Source: Octopus sinensis
Taxonomy: Eukaryota
Direction: 5' to 3'
Assembly (NCBI RefSeq): GCF_006345805.1
Contig: NC_043000.1
Span: 115,692,001-115,756,000 of the forward strand
Length of the DNA stretch: 64,000 bases
Shown: positions 1 to 12,915 of the stretch, piece after piece
Layout: each line of letters starts with the position of its first letter
Numbering within the stretch: position 1 is the first letter of the stretch
The notes under the pieces: model-generated
The model's database searches: none
The model's input: only the letters and a program-made list of their open reading frames with translations
What the model was told of the DNA's origin: nothing
Translations under genes and position numbers: made by a program

Positions 1-89
1 CAATCCATCTTTATCATTTATTTAGTCTCGTGTGACGGCATATTTTCGGTAAACAACCAAACATTTCGCTTTTTAATTTTTTTCTCCTA

Positions 90-391
90 TTGGGCAACGT
101 TATCGCCGCCGTCCCTACCACCACCATCACTACAATAACGCCTAACCCTACTCAGCGACTCGGAAATACATCATCCTCATCATCATCATCTGCATCATTA
201 TCATTAACCACCAGCACCAGCACCAGCACCACCATCACCAACACCACCACCATAACCACCACCACCACCACCACCACCACCACCACCACCACCACCACCA
301 CCATCACCACCACCACCACCACCACCACCACCACCACAATCACCACCACCACAACCACCACCACCACCACCACCACCACCACCACCATCAT
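90..391. repeat. (CAT)n/(ACC)n trinucleotide microsatellite
   Basis: Runs of cat and acc directly visible; explains the poly-Thr/poly-Val ORFs. Confidence 0.95.
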
Positions 392-483
392 TGTGTAAAT
401 GCTTACGTTCCTATATATACATACACATGTCTCTGCCTGCCTTCTATGTGTCTGTCTGTCTCTTCCTCCTCTATCTATATGTA

Positions 484-555
<72 letters not shown>

Positions 556-1072
556 GTATACAGGCGTGTCTAATAAACTAATAGATTACTAGGCATTAAC
601 TAATCGGCCATGTTTTGTGGATCTGATTTTAGAATCCATTCCCATTAAATTCGCAATTCTCTGGCTCATCCCTCCCTAATACAAACCGAAACAATCAAGC
701 CGGCATCATCAACATCACCATCGTCATTATCGCCATGACCATCATCATCATCATCGCCATCGTCGTTGTCCTCCTCCCCCCTCCTCTTTCTCCTCTTCCT
801 CCTCATCATCACCACTTTCTCACTGAATCCACCGACTGCCACCTAGACTATCACAACCACAACCACCACAACCACCACATCCAACATAATCACTATCAAT
901 GCCAAAAACTGCCAAAACAAAAAAAAACACAACCATCATGACTACGACCACGACGACCCACCACGACGATTCTTCACATCTTCTTCATCTCTCTCTCTCT
1001 CCCCTCTCTCTCTCCTCCTCACCTATTCTCTCTCTCCTCACCTATTCTTATTCACTTCCCTTATCTCCCCTG

Positions 1073-1127
1073 ACTGTCTGTCCGTCTGTCTGTCTATCTG
1101 TCTGCCTGTCTGTCCGTCTGTCCGTCT

Positions 1128-1174
<47 letters not shown>

Positions 1175-1263
1175 GTCTGTCTGTCTGTCTGTCTGTCTCT
1201 GTCTGTCTGTCTGTCTGCCTGCCTGCCTGTCCGTCTGTCCGTCCATCAATCTGTCTGACTCCA

Positions 1264-1335
<72 letters not shown>

Positions 1336-1403
1336 GTGTATGTGTGTGTGTGTGTGTGTGTGTCTGTCTGTCTGTCTGTCTATCTGTCTGTCTGTCTGTC
1401 TGC

Positions 1404-1473
<70 letters not shown>

Positions 1474-1640
1474 GTGTGTGTGTGTCTGTCCGTCTGTCCG
1501 TCTGTTTGTCTGTTTGTCCTTATCTCTGTCTCTGTCTGTCTGTCTCTCTCTATCTATCTCTCTATCTAGCTAGCTATCAGTCTGTCCGTAAGTCTGTTTG
1601 TCCGTCTATCTGTCTCTGTCTGTCTGTCTGTCTCCGTTCC
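1073..1640. repeat. Compound (TCTG)n/(TCTA)n/(TG)n microsatellite
   Basis: Tandem tetranucleotide runs. Confidence 0.95.
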
Positions 1641-2116
1641 TCCTTTCAAATCCATTACAAATGTTCTCACTAAACCACTGAACTATGTGCAAACACCATG
1701 CGTTTATTTACCAATTCCACCAATTGCCTCTTAATTGTTTAATGGGAAAGAAGAGAGAATAGAAGAGCGTGTGTATATATGCACCTGAGTGAGTGCATAT
1801 GTATATGCGTGTATGTATGAGTGTGTGTATGTATAATCACATTTGCGTCTGTGTGTGTATGTATAAACGTATGTACGTATGTGTGTGGTGTGTGTGTGTG
1901 TATGCATTTACCTACGAATGTTCGTGCACATTTGTTTACCTGCACATATGCATACCACTTTCAAAGAATTATTTTTGGCTTTTTCCCCTCGTTTCTCATG
2001 GTGTAACACCATTGACAAATATACTTCTGCAAGTCTATACACACACACACACATAAATGCATGTATTCTCATGATGGCCACATCCACAACTACTGCCATA
2101 ATTCACATATACACAC

Positions 2117-2393
2117 GCATGTATGTATGTATGTATGTATGTATGTATGTATGTGTGTATGTATGTATGTATTTATACGTGTATGTATGTATGTATGTAT
2201 TTGTGTGTATGTATCTATGTATGTATGTATTTATGTGTGTATGTATGTATGTATGTATGTATGTATGTATGTATGTATGTATGTATGTATGTATGCATGC
2301 ATGTATATATATGTATGTATGTATACATGTATGTATGTATGCCTGCATGCATGCATATATGTATGTAAGTATGTATGTATGCATGCATGCATA

Positions 2394-2424
<31 letters not shown>

Positions 2425-2443
2425 GTGCATGCATGCATGCATG

Positions 2444-2475
<32 letters not shown>

Positions 2476-2601
2476 TGCATGCATGCATGTATATATATTT
2501 ATGTATGCATGCATGCATGCATGTATATATATTTATGTATGTATGTATGTATGTATTTATGTATGTATGTATGTATGTATGTATGTGTGCATGCATGCAT
2601 G

Positions 2602-2633
<32 letters not shown>

Positions 2634-2767
2634 TGTATGTATGCATGCATGCATGCATGTATATATATTTATGTATGCATGCATGCATGCATGTATATAT
2701 ATTTATGTATGTATTTATGTATGTATGTATGTATGTATGTATGTATGTATGTATGTATGTATGTATG
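2117..2767. repeat. (TATG)n/(CATG)n microsatellite
   Basis: Tandem tetranucleotide runs; source of the MYVC ORFs. Confidence 0.95.
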
Positions 2768-2945
2768 AAAAAATACAAAGCAGAGGAAATTGAAAACGCA
2801 AATCCTAGGCGGTCAACCAGATTCCTGGACGCATAAATGAAGTCTATCAATGTAATTCGATCATATATAATTATACACATCAATATAAATCATGCAAGTA
2901 CAGGCATAAGGATTCTCCAATGGTATAAAGAATAAAACTAGGCCT

Positions 2946-3080
2946 AGGTGTGGCTGTGTGGTAAGTAACTTGCTTACCAACCACATGGTTCCGGGTTCAG
3001 TCCCACTGCGTGACAACTTGGGCACGTGTCTTCTACTATAGCCTTATAAAATGTCTTGGTCGTCTTGGGCCGACCAAAGG
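2946..3080 (+). mobile_element. tRNA-derived SINE family B, 5' fragment
   Basis: gtggctgtgtggtaag...ggttcagtcccactgcg head shared with many copies in the window; A/B-box-like motifs. Confidence 0.8.
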
Positions 3081-3279
3081 CTTGAACTCTGAGTATAAAG
3101 TGCCAGAAGAAATGCTGCTAAGCTTTTTTTTCGACGCACTATCGATTCCACCAGCTCGCCGGCCTTAATACGACTGATCATAATACGATAATATGTATTG
3201 CCGAAAACAAAACTAGACGTTCATAACACCGAAATGTTTATTAGCTATTATATTTTACTTTTGTACTAGTTTTTCAATT

Positions 3280-3372
3280 CTCGCGATAGCTCAGTTGGTA
3301 GAGCGGAGGACTGTAGAAGTGTAATGTGCAATTGACATCCTTAGGTCGGTGGTTCGAATCCGTCTCGCGAGG
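3280..3372 (+). tRNA. trnY: tRNA-Tyr(GTA), 20-nt intron (3317-3336), discriminator G73
   Basis: Full cloverleaf: acceptor CTCGCGA/TCGCGAG, D-arm GCTCAGTTGGTAGAGC, anticodon GTA at 3313-3315, intron after nt 37 with G at -3 for the anticodon-intron pair, T-loop TTCGAAT, TTTT terminator at 3381. Confidence 0.9.
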
Positions 3373-3969
3373 ACGTGGCATTTTGTTTTGTTTCATATTA
3401 TTTCATATTATTTTAAGAACACACAAAAATCGTTAGTTTCACTTCAACATTTAAATTCAATTTGTGTCAAAATATTTTCGTCGCTTTGAAACCGCGACCT
3501 CTTCACTGACAAAACTTCATACTGTCTTAAATGGTTTACAAACATCCTCCACACTGCAATTGTTTTTGTTTCAGTACACCATCTCAGATCAAGTCACTTG
3601 CAATGCAGGTACATCGTAATTATATCATTTGCCTTTTGAAAATATTTGGTTATTTCTGAGGTACTGAATTAGTAGACTTCTCGACAAAATGTCATATCTT
3701 TTATTTATAAATCTTTGTTTTTGCTTTTTATTTATCTTGTTTTCAATATTATAAATACCAGAATCTTTAATCCACTGAGCCGATTAACCTTTAATGTTTA
3801 ATGATATTTCTTCAATTTTCTAAGTTTAAAATACTCATAGGACTAGCTTTGCCTTTTATACTCTCGTTTCCAAAGATCAACAAGATCATTATAACAATCT
3901 TTTGTATTTGGCTTGATTCTATTGGCTGCGCGAACATCCTCGTAGTAAGAACTCAGAAAACCAACATTG

Positions 3970-4430
3970 AGGACCCATGTAACTTTAGAAACACAGAAAC
4001 ATACCCACTAAATACATAATGCAACGCAGAAGCAGTGTTATACAAAGCTGATGTTGCCACTACCTGTCCTACTTGCAAGAACGAACAAGAAAGGTACATT
4101 GGTATGTCAAAAGGGAAAATTCAAGGAACGATTTAACAAATCACATTACTTCGTCCAGCTATACCAAAAAAGGATAACACTAATAAGTATGAAGTTACAT
4201 CCTGCGCTTAAAAGACAGTAGTAATAAATTTAGCATCGAGTGGAAGGTACTAAAAAGGCACTAGAAGGATCTGAACCATACATAAACAGAACCAAACAAT
4301 GTGACATATGTACCGCTGAAAAGAACCTCATACTCTGGACTACAGAAACCCCTGATATATACTCAAATACTGGATCGGGGATCTTTACAAAATTTGAACA
4401 CTTCAACAAACATCTGCTCCGATACTGGAA
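3970..4430 (+). pseudogene. Penelope-like element GIY-YIG endonuclease relic (Neptune-like C-terminus)
   Basis: Across stops and frameshifts: PCN..YPL..CNAEAVLYKADV..RYIGMS..FKERF..SIEWKVLK..PY..KQCDICTAEK..HFNKHLL. Confidence 0.7.
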
Positions 4431-4599
4431 TCCACCACCTCCAGTAGAACAGAGACTAGTTTAAAAACAACGTAAACCAATTAAAAAATCAAGGATAGAT
4501 ACAACCCGTACATTGAAGTGCGTGTGCATTTATGCACGACTTATGCACGACTTATACATTTACTATAACTCACTACTTTTTGCCATTTATGCGGGAATA

Positions 4600-4816
4600 C
4601 AGAAAACCCTCGACTATCGCGGGTGTTACGTTCCAAAACCCCCCGCGATAGGTGAAAATCTGCGAAGTAGAAACAGTACTATATATTTTTATATTATTTT
4701 TGCTAATTTGTATATATTTATTTTATTATAAATGCAAAACAACACCACGGAGGAATCAACATAAGCTTAAATAACAAACCGCGATAGGTAAACCGCGATA
4801 TAGCATGGGATTACTG
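4600..4816. mobile_element. pogo/Tigger-like MITE
   Basis: TA-flanked imperfect TIRs CAGAAAACCCTCGACTATCGCGG ... CCGCGATATAGCATGGGATTACTG. Confidence 0.7.
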
Positions 4817-4906
4817 TATAACTAAATTCGCTCGCTGTATTCAAATGTTTGTATATTTATTCCTCATATAAGTAGGCTGCCATAATTCGAAACAAATGTA
4901 ATATAT

Positions 4907-5138
4907 ATTTCTTTATTGCCCACAAGGGGCTAAACATAGAGGGGACAAACAAGGACAGACAAACGGATTAAGTCAATTACATCGACCCCAGTGCGAAACT
5001 GGTACTTTATTTATCGACCCCGAAAGGATGACAGGCAAAGTTGACCTCGGCGGAATTTGAACTCAGAACGTAGCGACAGACGCAATACCGCTAAGCATTT
5101 CGCCCGGCGCGCTAAAGTGTCTGCCAGTTCGCCGCCTT
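4907..5138 (-). mobile_element. SINE family A, full length
   Basis: Reverse complement of ggcggcgagctggcaga...ggcaataaagaaat, matching other copies in the window. Confidence 0.85.
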
Positions 5139-5882
5139 CGAGCTGGCAGACACGTTATATATAGGATCTGTCAATCCTATATCACAAATGTAATATAGGA
5201 TTGACAGATAAATTCCTTTGCTTTTTACCTTTTCATTTTAATCCTTTCCAGTGTTATTTGAATCAGCACAAAAATATATTTTCATCGTAGCGTTTCACAT
5301 TTTGTTGTTCTATTCAGCCTCTACATCTTTGGTTTATCATTTTTGAACTTTGAATATATTTTTATCCCTTTTTCATACATATGATAATTAAGTGCCAACC
5401 AGGCAACAGGCAGATAATCTATCGCCTCCCATATTAAAATTATGCACCTTCAATTACATCAACTACGATTTTGACCGTAAATATGGCGGTGAAAACAAGA
5501 TGGAACCTTCAGTATTAAAGCAGACAAAAAAGGCTGATATAAAAGAGTTATTTGCTTCGAAATGGGTTAACAAGTGTTCAGGATGATTGTGAAGCAATGG
5601 CAAACACAATTATTGAAAAACTACACCGCTTCTACAGTAATTCGATTTAACGACCACTTTCTCGCATAAGGTCTCCCGGGGAAAGGAAAATAAAATCCCA
5701 TAACATTCATATAACGCCTAATGATGTAAGCGAAAACCACCTTCGTTCGATGTTTGTACAATCATACATGACATGAATACCTTATCATCTATTTTCACGT
5801 TTTATAGCTCCCTGCACCCTTTCCGTTTTACAAATGATTAGACTAATGATAGGGTAATACGGCGTTCAGCTAGCTTTCTAAA

Positions 5883-6125
5883 CGTGTGGCCTAGTGGTTA
5901 GGGGGTGTTAATCTCGCGATCGCAAGATTGTGATTTCGATTCCATGACTAATCGCTGCCTTGTATTCTTGAGTAAAACATTTTATTTCACGTTTTTCTAG
6001 TCCAATCCACTCAGCTGTTGTTGAGTTAACCTGCGATGGGTTCGCGTCCTATCCAGGAAGATTGTTGTGATCTTTTTCAATTATGCGCTTTGGAAACCAG
6101 ACAACTAGTCTATGAGTCCTAGGAT
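5883..6125 (+). mobile_element. Degenerate tRNA-derived SINE (third/fourth family)
   Basis: tRNA-like head gtgtggcctagtggttag...tttcgattcc followed by a SINE-like body. Confidence 0.55.
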
Positions 6126-6238
6126 TTGGGGCAGTAATGTCCAGGGGTTGATGATGGGGATATTTTGTTCTGCGCTTTCTTTTTCATTTCACATATATTG
6201 AAAGAGTGAACATACTGGCATAATACAGGAAAAGAAAA

Positions 6239-6457
6239 GGGCGGCGAGCTGGCAGAAACGTTAGCGCGACGGTTGAACTGCTTAGCGATATTTCGTCTGC
6301 AGTTACGTTCTGAGTTCGAATTCCGCCGAGGTCGACTTTACCTTTCATCCTTTCGGGGTACCAGTCACGCACTGGGGTCGATGTAATCGACTTAATTCCT
6401 TTCTCTGTCCTTGTTTGTCCCCTCTATGTTTAGCCCTTTGTGGGCAACAAAGAAATA
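6239..6457 (+). mobile_element. SINE family A with 19-bp TSD
   Basis: TSD ataatacaggaaaagaaaa at 6220-6238 and 6458-6476. Confidence 0.88.
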
Positions 6458-7059
6458 ATAATACAGGAAAAGAAAAAGATCTCTCTCCCCACCACTTCTC
6501 CCTCTACAGTTCTGAAAGATTGTTCCTGATACAGGATCCTCACGCATGAGACTGTGATGAGGCCGTATCAGGTTCAATCCTTCAGAAAGGCTCCTACGCA
6601 GTTTGGCTCCACCAACTTTCACTTACAAAGCTTTGATCGACCTTGGCCTATGGTAGGAAGTATTTGCTCCAAATGCCACATTGTGAGATCGAGTCCGGAA
6701 CTATTTAGCTTGGCACCAATGTCTTCTAACTTTAGGAAAGATTTGAAATCGATAGAATCAACTCCGATACGAACAATTGTCATAATAATTTTATTGATCT
6801 TTGAAACCGAAGAGATAAAAGATATAGTCCCATGGATATTTTAAATTCAAACCGTTAAGGAGTAACATTACATATTAGAGTTTTTTAGATTTGGTTGCCA
6901 CGAGTCTTGATATAAACTCATGTGTTGAAACAGATTTTGTTGTATCTCGGGAGAGTCATTATGCCAATTAAATACGCACGCACTGGTTCTGTTTCACTTT
7001 TTTTTTATTATTCGTCCAATTGGTTAATTATTTAACCAATAATGAGAATTTACAAAAAA

Positions 7060-7235
7060 AAACAACAAAAAAAAAACAAAACAAAAACAAAAGACGAATG
7101 CGGGTGTGTAAACAACAAACAGATGTATTAGTTTAACGCTTGGGAAGTGAGAAAGTCTTTTACGTTTCGAGCCTATGCTCTTCGACAGAAAGGAGCACAG
7201 AAATAAACAGGGAGAGAAAATAGAAAAGGTAACCA
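7060..7235 (-). mobile_element. Short dispersed repeat (family HH-A) with hammerhead-like motif at 7157-7192
   Basis: Homologous to 35370-35530 and 46880-47035; motif CTTT CTGTCGA A GAGC-atag-GCTC GAAACGTA AAAG. Confidence 0.7.
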
Positions 7236-7266
7236 ATGGATTGCTTGATTAATCACAGGAGTTGCA

Positions 7267-7590
7267 GGAGTGGCTGTGTGGTAAGTAGCTTGATTACCAA
7301 CCACATGGCTCCGGGTTCAGTCCCACTGCGTGGCACCTTTGGCAAGCGTCTTCTACTATAGCCCCGGGCCGACCAAAGCCTTGTGAGTGGATTTGTTAGA
7401 CGGAAACTGAAAGAAGCCCGTCGTATATATGTATATATATATATATATGTGTGTGTGTATGTTTGTGTGTCTGTGTTTGTCCCCCCAACATCGCTTGGCA
7501 ACCTGGGGTCGATTTGCTCGACTAAAAGGCAGTGCTCCAGCATAGCCGCAGGTAAATGACTGAAACAAGCAAAAGAGCAAAAGAGTAAAA
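7267..7590 (+). mobile_element. SINE family B with internal deletion
   Basis: Same head, central microsatellite and tail as 10045-10440. Confidence 0.85.
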
Positions 7591-8126
7591 AGACCTGAAG
7601 CTGACCTGGCGTACAGAGAGTGTATCGTTGAAGAGGTCACGAATGGCAACGAAGGGACTTCGACAATCATAACTGATTGGTTGGATAAATCGAATGATTA
7701 ACTAAATGATTGAATAGTTAATTGTTTAAAGTAGTTAACCAATTGACGAATAATACAGAAGTAAAATAGAATCAGAGCGTGTGCTTTATTGGCATAATGA
7801 CACCACCGAGACAAAAAATAAAATAAAATAAAAAGAAATAAGTATCAAAATAAATATTCGGTTCAGTGGTTTACCAGTTCGTAGATAGATGAGAAGTAAA
7901 GATCAGTGGGATTTGAACTCAGAAGATTAACCCATAACTAAAAGCAGTAAGGTACTTTGTTAGGAGGTCCACAATTTTAATGGCGTAGAAATAACTAAAT
8001 ATTTTCAAAAGGAAAATGTATTTTTTGTATCTCGAGAGGGTCATTATGCCAATGATAATAAATACACGCACTGGCTCTGTTTAACTTCTTTATTATTTAT
8101 TAGTCAATTGGTTAATTTTTTAACTA

Positions 8127-8925
8127 TTAGGTTGTTTTACATGAAATTTCGTATTTGAAAGGTAACAATAAAATATTTCAGAAATGCTAGAGAACTGGTT
8201 TATTTAATCAAAGTATGATCCATGTTCATTTATGACATTTACCCAATGTTTCTTTGTCATATATTCCCTCTCTAAATAAATATTCATCTTTTGCTGTGAT
8301 AAACTGTCCGAATGCTTCAATTACCTCTTCTCTATTTGAGAATGTTTTATTGCTTATGAAAAGCTCAAAATGCTTTAAATAAGTAATGATCAGTAGGAGA
8401 GATAGCAGGGGAATAGGGAGGATGTTACAAAATCTCATGATTCGGGCTTTGCAACTTTAGGACCGTAGCTTGAGGAGTGTGAGGATGCGCATTGTCATGG
8501 AGAAAAATTGGGCCATCTCTATTCACTAGTCTGGGTTGCCTCTTTTTCAATTTTTCATGCGTACAATCAATTTCCTGGCAATACGATGTTGCTTTTACTG
8601 TTTTTCCTTGTTACAAAAATGAATAATGAATAACTCCCTTCACAGACCACCATACAGTGACCACTAAGTTTTTAGGGTGCAATGGTGGGTTTGTGTAGTG
8701 TTTAGGTGACTCTCCGGCATCTAATCACTGTCATGTTCTCCTGTTGTCAAAGAGTATTCATTTCTCAACACAAATAACGATTTGATGCAAAAATGGTCTT
8801 TTTCCAATCGAGAAAGCAATAAGGAGAACACTTCAAGGCGTCTGTTTTTTTTTAATCTCGTTCAGTCGATGTGGAACAAACCTATCTGTTTTCTTGACTT
8901 TTCCAAGTTTTTACAGGTTGGGAAC
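8127..8925 (-). mobile_element. Mariner transposon remnant (3' TIR plus decayed DD34D transposase)
   Basis: Motifs GKVKK..VPH, ILFDN, VTVWWSVKGVIHY, FLHDNAHPH, HPPYSPAISPTD, GSYFD*; TA followed by TTAGGTTG terminus at 8125-8134. Confidence 0.88.
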
Positions 8926-8956
8926 AAAGCATCTTACCACACAACCACGCCTGCGC

Positions 8957-9866
<910 letters not shown>

Positions 9867-10044
9867 AGGAGAGAAGGCAAATTCAAAGGCCGATGTATAT
9901 ATTCATTCAATCCATATTAACGAAATTCTCCAGGGTATACAATGTACAACATACATGCATTCATCAATATGATATTTAAAAATAAATTTCTAAGAATTTA
10001 TAAATACATACATATACACGAAAATTTATAAATATATAAAAATT

Positions 10045-10440
10045 CGTGGTAAGTAGCTTGCTTACCAACCACATAGTTCCGGGTTTAGTCCCACTGCGTG
10101 GCACCTTGGGCATGTGTCTTCTACTGTAGCCTCGGGCTGACCAAAGCCTTGTGAGTGGATTTGGTAGACGGAAACTGAAAGAAGCCCGTCGTATATATAT
10201 ATATATATGTATATATATGTGTGTGTGTGTGTGTCTGTGTTTGTCCCCCCAACATCGCTTGACAACCGATGCTGGTGTGTTTACGTCTCCGTTACTTAGC
10301 AGTTCGGCAAAAAGGACCGATAGGATAAGTACTAGGCTTACAAAGAATAAGTCCTGGGGTCGATTTGCTCGACTAAAAGGCGGTGCTCCAGCATGGCCGC
10401 AGTCAAATGACTGAAACAAGTAAAAGAGAAAGTAAAAGAG
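10045..10440 (+). mobile_element. SINE family B, near full length
   Basis: Head ...cgggtttagtcccactgcg, body, tail gactgaaacaagtaaaagag. Confidence 0.88.
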
Positions 10441-10486
10441 AAAGACATATAAAAATTTATAAACGCATAAATACACACACATATAC

Positions 10487-10525
<39 letters not shown>

Positions 10526-10785
10526 GAAATACTGGTTTCACATTTTGGCAGAAGGACATTTCAGGAAAAGCGAGTAAGTCGATTATATCGACAAACATTG
10601 CTCACTTAACACTTATTTTATATTGAACCAGAAAGGGAGAAAGGCAAAATAAACTACTGATGAATATGAAGTCAGAAAAGACGGAAAAAAATATCGCATG
10701 CTAACGATTCTGGCAGCTCAGGACACATTATTCACATTGAGAATATTGTATGCCGAAAAAAAGATTGTATAAAAATAAATAACGA

Positions 10786-10884
10786 TCTCGCGAGACGGAT
10801 TCGAACCACCGACCTAAAGATGACAGTTACATACTATTAATATACCTCTACAGTCCTCCGCTCTACCAACTGAGCTATCGCGAG
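10786..10884 (-). tRNA. trnY: tRNA-Tyr(GTA) copy 1, 26-nt intron, C41T
   Basis: Complete cloverleaf; G29:U41 wobble. Confidence 0.85.
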
Positions 10885-10976
10885 AACTGAAGTGTTGGTT
10901 GCAAAATAAATGATAATAGGTGATAAGCGCTTGAATGCTGTATGCCAAAAAAAGATTGTACAAAAGTAATTAACGA

Positions 10977-11072
10977 TCTCGCGAGACGGATTCGAACCAC
11001 CGACCTAAGGATGACAGTCACATATTATTATACCTCTACAGTCCTCCGCTCTACCAACTGAGCTATCGCGAG
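10977..11072 (-). tRNA. trnY: tRNA-Tyr(GTA) copy 2, consensus, 23-nt intron
   Basis: Exons match the array consensus; C1:G72, A73. Confidence 0.93.
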
Positions 11073-11164
11073 AACTGAAGTCTTAGTTGCAAACTAAATG
11101 ATAATAGGTAATAAGCGCTTGAATGCTGTATGCCAAAAAAAGATTGTACAAAAATAATTAACGA

Positions 11165-11260
11165 TCTCGCGAGACGGATTCGAACCACCGACCTAAGGAT
11201 GACAGTCACATATTATTATACCTCTACAGTCCTCCGCTCTACCAACTGAGCTATCGCGAA
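11165..11260 (-). tRNA. trnY: tRNA-Tyr(GTA) copy 3, C1 lost (T1)
   Basis: + strand ctatcgcgaaactg versus consensus ctatcgcgagaactg. Confidence 0.7.
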
Positions 11261-11351
11261 ACTGAATTGTTGGTTGCAAACTAAATGATAATAAGTAATA
11301 AGCGCTTGAATGCTGTATGCCAAAAAAAGATTGTACAAAAATAATTAACGA

Positions 11352-11609
11352 TCTTTCGAGACGGATTGGAACCACCGACCTAAGGATGACAGTCACATAT
11401 TATTATACCTATTTCTTTATTACCCAGAAGGGGCTAAACATAGAGGGGACAAACAAGGACAGACATAGGTATTAAGTCGATTACATCGACCTCAGTGCGT
11501 AACTGGTACTTAATTTATCGACCCCGGAAGGATGAAAGGAAAAGTCGACCTCGGTCACATATTATTATACCTCTACAGTCCTCCGCTCTACCAACTGAGC
11601 TATCGCGAG
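11352..11609 (-). pseudogene. trnY: tRNA-Tyr copy 4, SINE in intron, G57C and acceptor-stem mismatches
   Basis: tctttcgag and attggaacc variants; 185-nt intron. Confidence 0.85.
11411..11553 (-). mobile_element. 5'-truncated SINE-A (143 bp) in tRNA intron
   Basis: TSD gtcacatattattatacct at 11392-11410 and 11554-11572. Confidence 0.93.
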
Positions 11610-11701
11610 AACTGAAGTGTTGGTTGCAAAATAAATGATAATAGGTAATAAGCGCTTGAATGCTGTATGCCAAAAAAAGATTGTACAAAAATTATTAACG
11701 A

Positions 11702-11797
11702 TCTCGCGAGACGGATTCGAACTACCTACCTAAGGATGACAGTTACGTATTATTATACCTCTACAGTTCTCCGCTCTACCAACTGAGCTATCGCGAG
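11702..11797 (-). pseudogene. trnY: tRNA-Tyr copy 5, degenerate (G30A, C48A, G52A)
   Basis: Substitutions in anticodon and T stems. Confidence 0.75.
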
Positions 11798-11889
11798 AAC
11801 TGAAGTGCCGGTTGCAAACTAAATGATAATAGGTAATAAGCGCTTGAATGCTGTATGCCAAAAAAAGATTGTACAAAAATAATTAACGA

Positions 11890-11985
11890 TCTCGCGAGAC
11901 GGATTCGAACCACCGACCTAAGGATGACAGTTACATATTATCATACCTCTACAGTCCTCCGCTCTACCAACTGCGCTATCGCGGG
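11890..11985 (-). pseudogene. trnY: tRNA-Tyr copy 6, variant (T2C, T12G)
   Basis: Acceptor and D-stem mismatches. Confidence 0.7.
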
Positions 11986-12076
11986 AACTGAAGTGTTGGT
12001 TGCAAACTAAATGATAATAGGTAATAAGCGCTTGAATGCTGTATGCCAAAAAAGATTGTACAAAAATAATTAACGA

Positions 12077-12172
12077 TCTCGCGAGACGGATTCGAACCAC
12101 CGACCTAAGGATGACAGTTACATATTATTATACCTCTACAGTCCTCCGCTCTACCAACTGAGCTATCGCGAG
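12077..12172 (-). tRNA. trnY: tRNA-Tyr(GTA) copy 7, consensus
   Basis: Intact cloverleaf. Confidence 0.93.
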
Positions 12173-12263
12173 AACTGAAGTGTTGGTTGCAAACTAAATG
12201 ATAATAGGTAATAAGCGCTTGAATGCTGTATGCCAAAAAAGATTGTACAAAAATAATTAACGA

Positions 12264-12359
12264 TCTCGCGAGACGGATTCGAACCACCGACCTAAGGATG
12301 ACAGTTACATATTATTATACCTCTACAGTCCTCCGCTCTACCAACTGAGCTATCGCGAG
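12264..12359 (-). tRNA. trnY: tRNA-Tyr(GTA) copy 8, consensus
   Basis: Intact cloverleaf. Confidence 0.93.
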
Positions 12360-12451
12360 AACTGAAGTGTTGGTTGCAAAATAAATGATAATAGGTAATA
12401 AGCGCTTGAATGCTGTATGCCAAAAAAAGATTGTACAAAAATAATTAACGA

Positions 12452-12547
12452 TCTCGCGAGACGGATTCGAACCACCGACCTAAGGATGACAGTTACATAT
12501 TATTATACCTCTACAGTCCTCCGCTCTACCAACTGAGCTATCGCGAG
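12452..12547 (-). tRNA. trnY: tRNA-Tyr(GTA) copy 9, consensus
   Basis: Intact cloverleaf. Confidence 0.93.
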
Positions 12548-12639
12548 AACTGAAGTGTTGGTTGCAAACTAAATGATAATAGGTAATAAGCGCTTGAATG
12601 CTGTATGCCAAAAAAAGATTGTATAAAAATAATTCACGA

Positions 12640-12727
12640 ACTCGAGAGACGGATTCGAACCACCGACCTAAGGATGACAGTCACATACCGCTACAGTGCT
12701 CCGCTCTACCAACTGAGCTATCGCGAG
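12640..12727 (-). pseudogene. trnY: tRNA-Tyr copy 10, 15-nt intron, A73T, G68T, G30C
   Basis: actcgagag end; 8-nt intron deletion; cagtgctcc. Confidence 0.75.
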
Positions 12728-12819
12728 AACTGAAGTGTTGGTTGCAAACTAAAGGATAATAGGTAATAAGCACTTGAATGCTGTATGCCAAAAAAAGATT
12801 GTACAAAAATAATTAACGA

Positions 12820-12915
12820 TCTCGCGAGACGGATTCGAACCACCGACCTAAGGATGACAGTCACATATTATTATACCTCTACAGTCCTCCGCTCTACCAA
12901 CTGAGCTATCGCGAG
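12820..12915 (-). tRNA. trnY: tRNA-Tyr(GTA) copy 11, consensus
   Basis: Intact cloverleaf. Confidence 0.93.

Noticed and set aside
90-2883. Long ORFs (poly-T/V, LSIY, MYVC, up to 304 aa)
   Set aside because: Translations of stop-free microsatellites with no domain content
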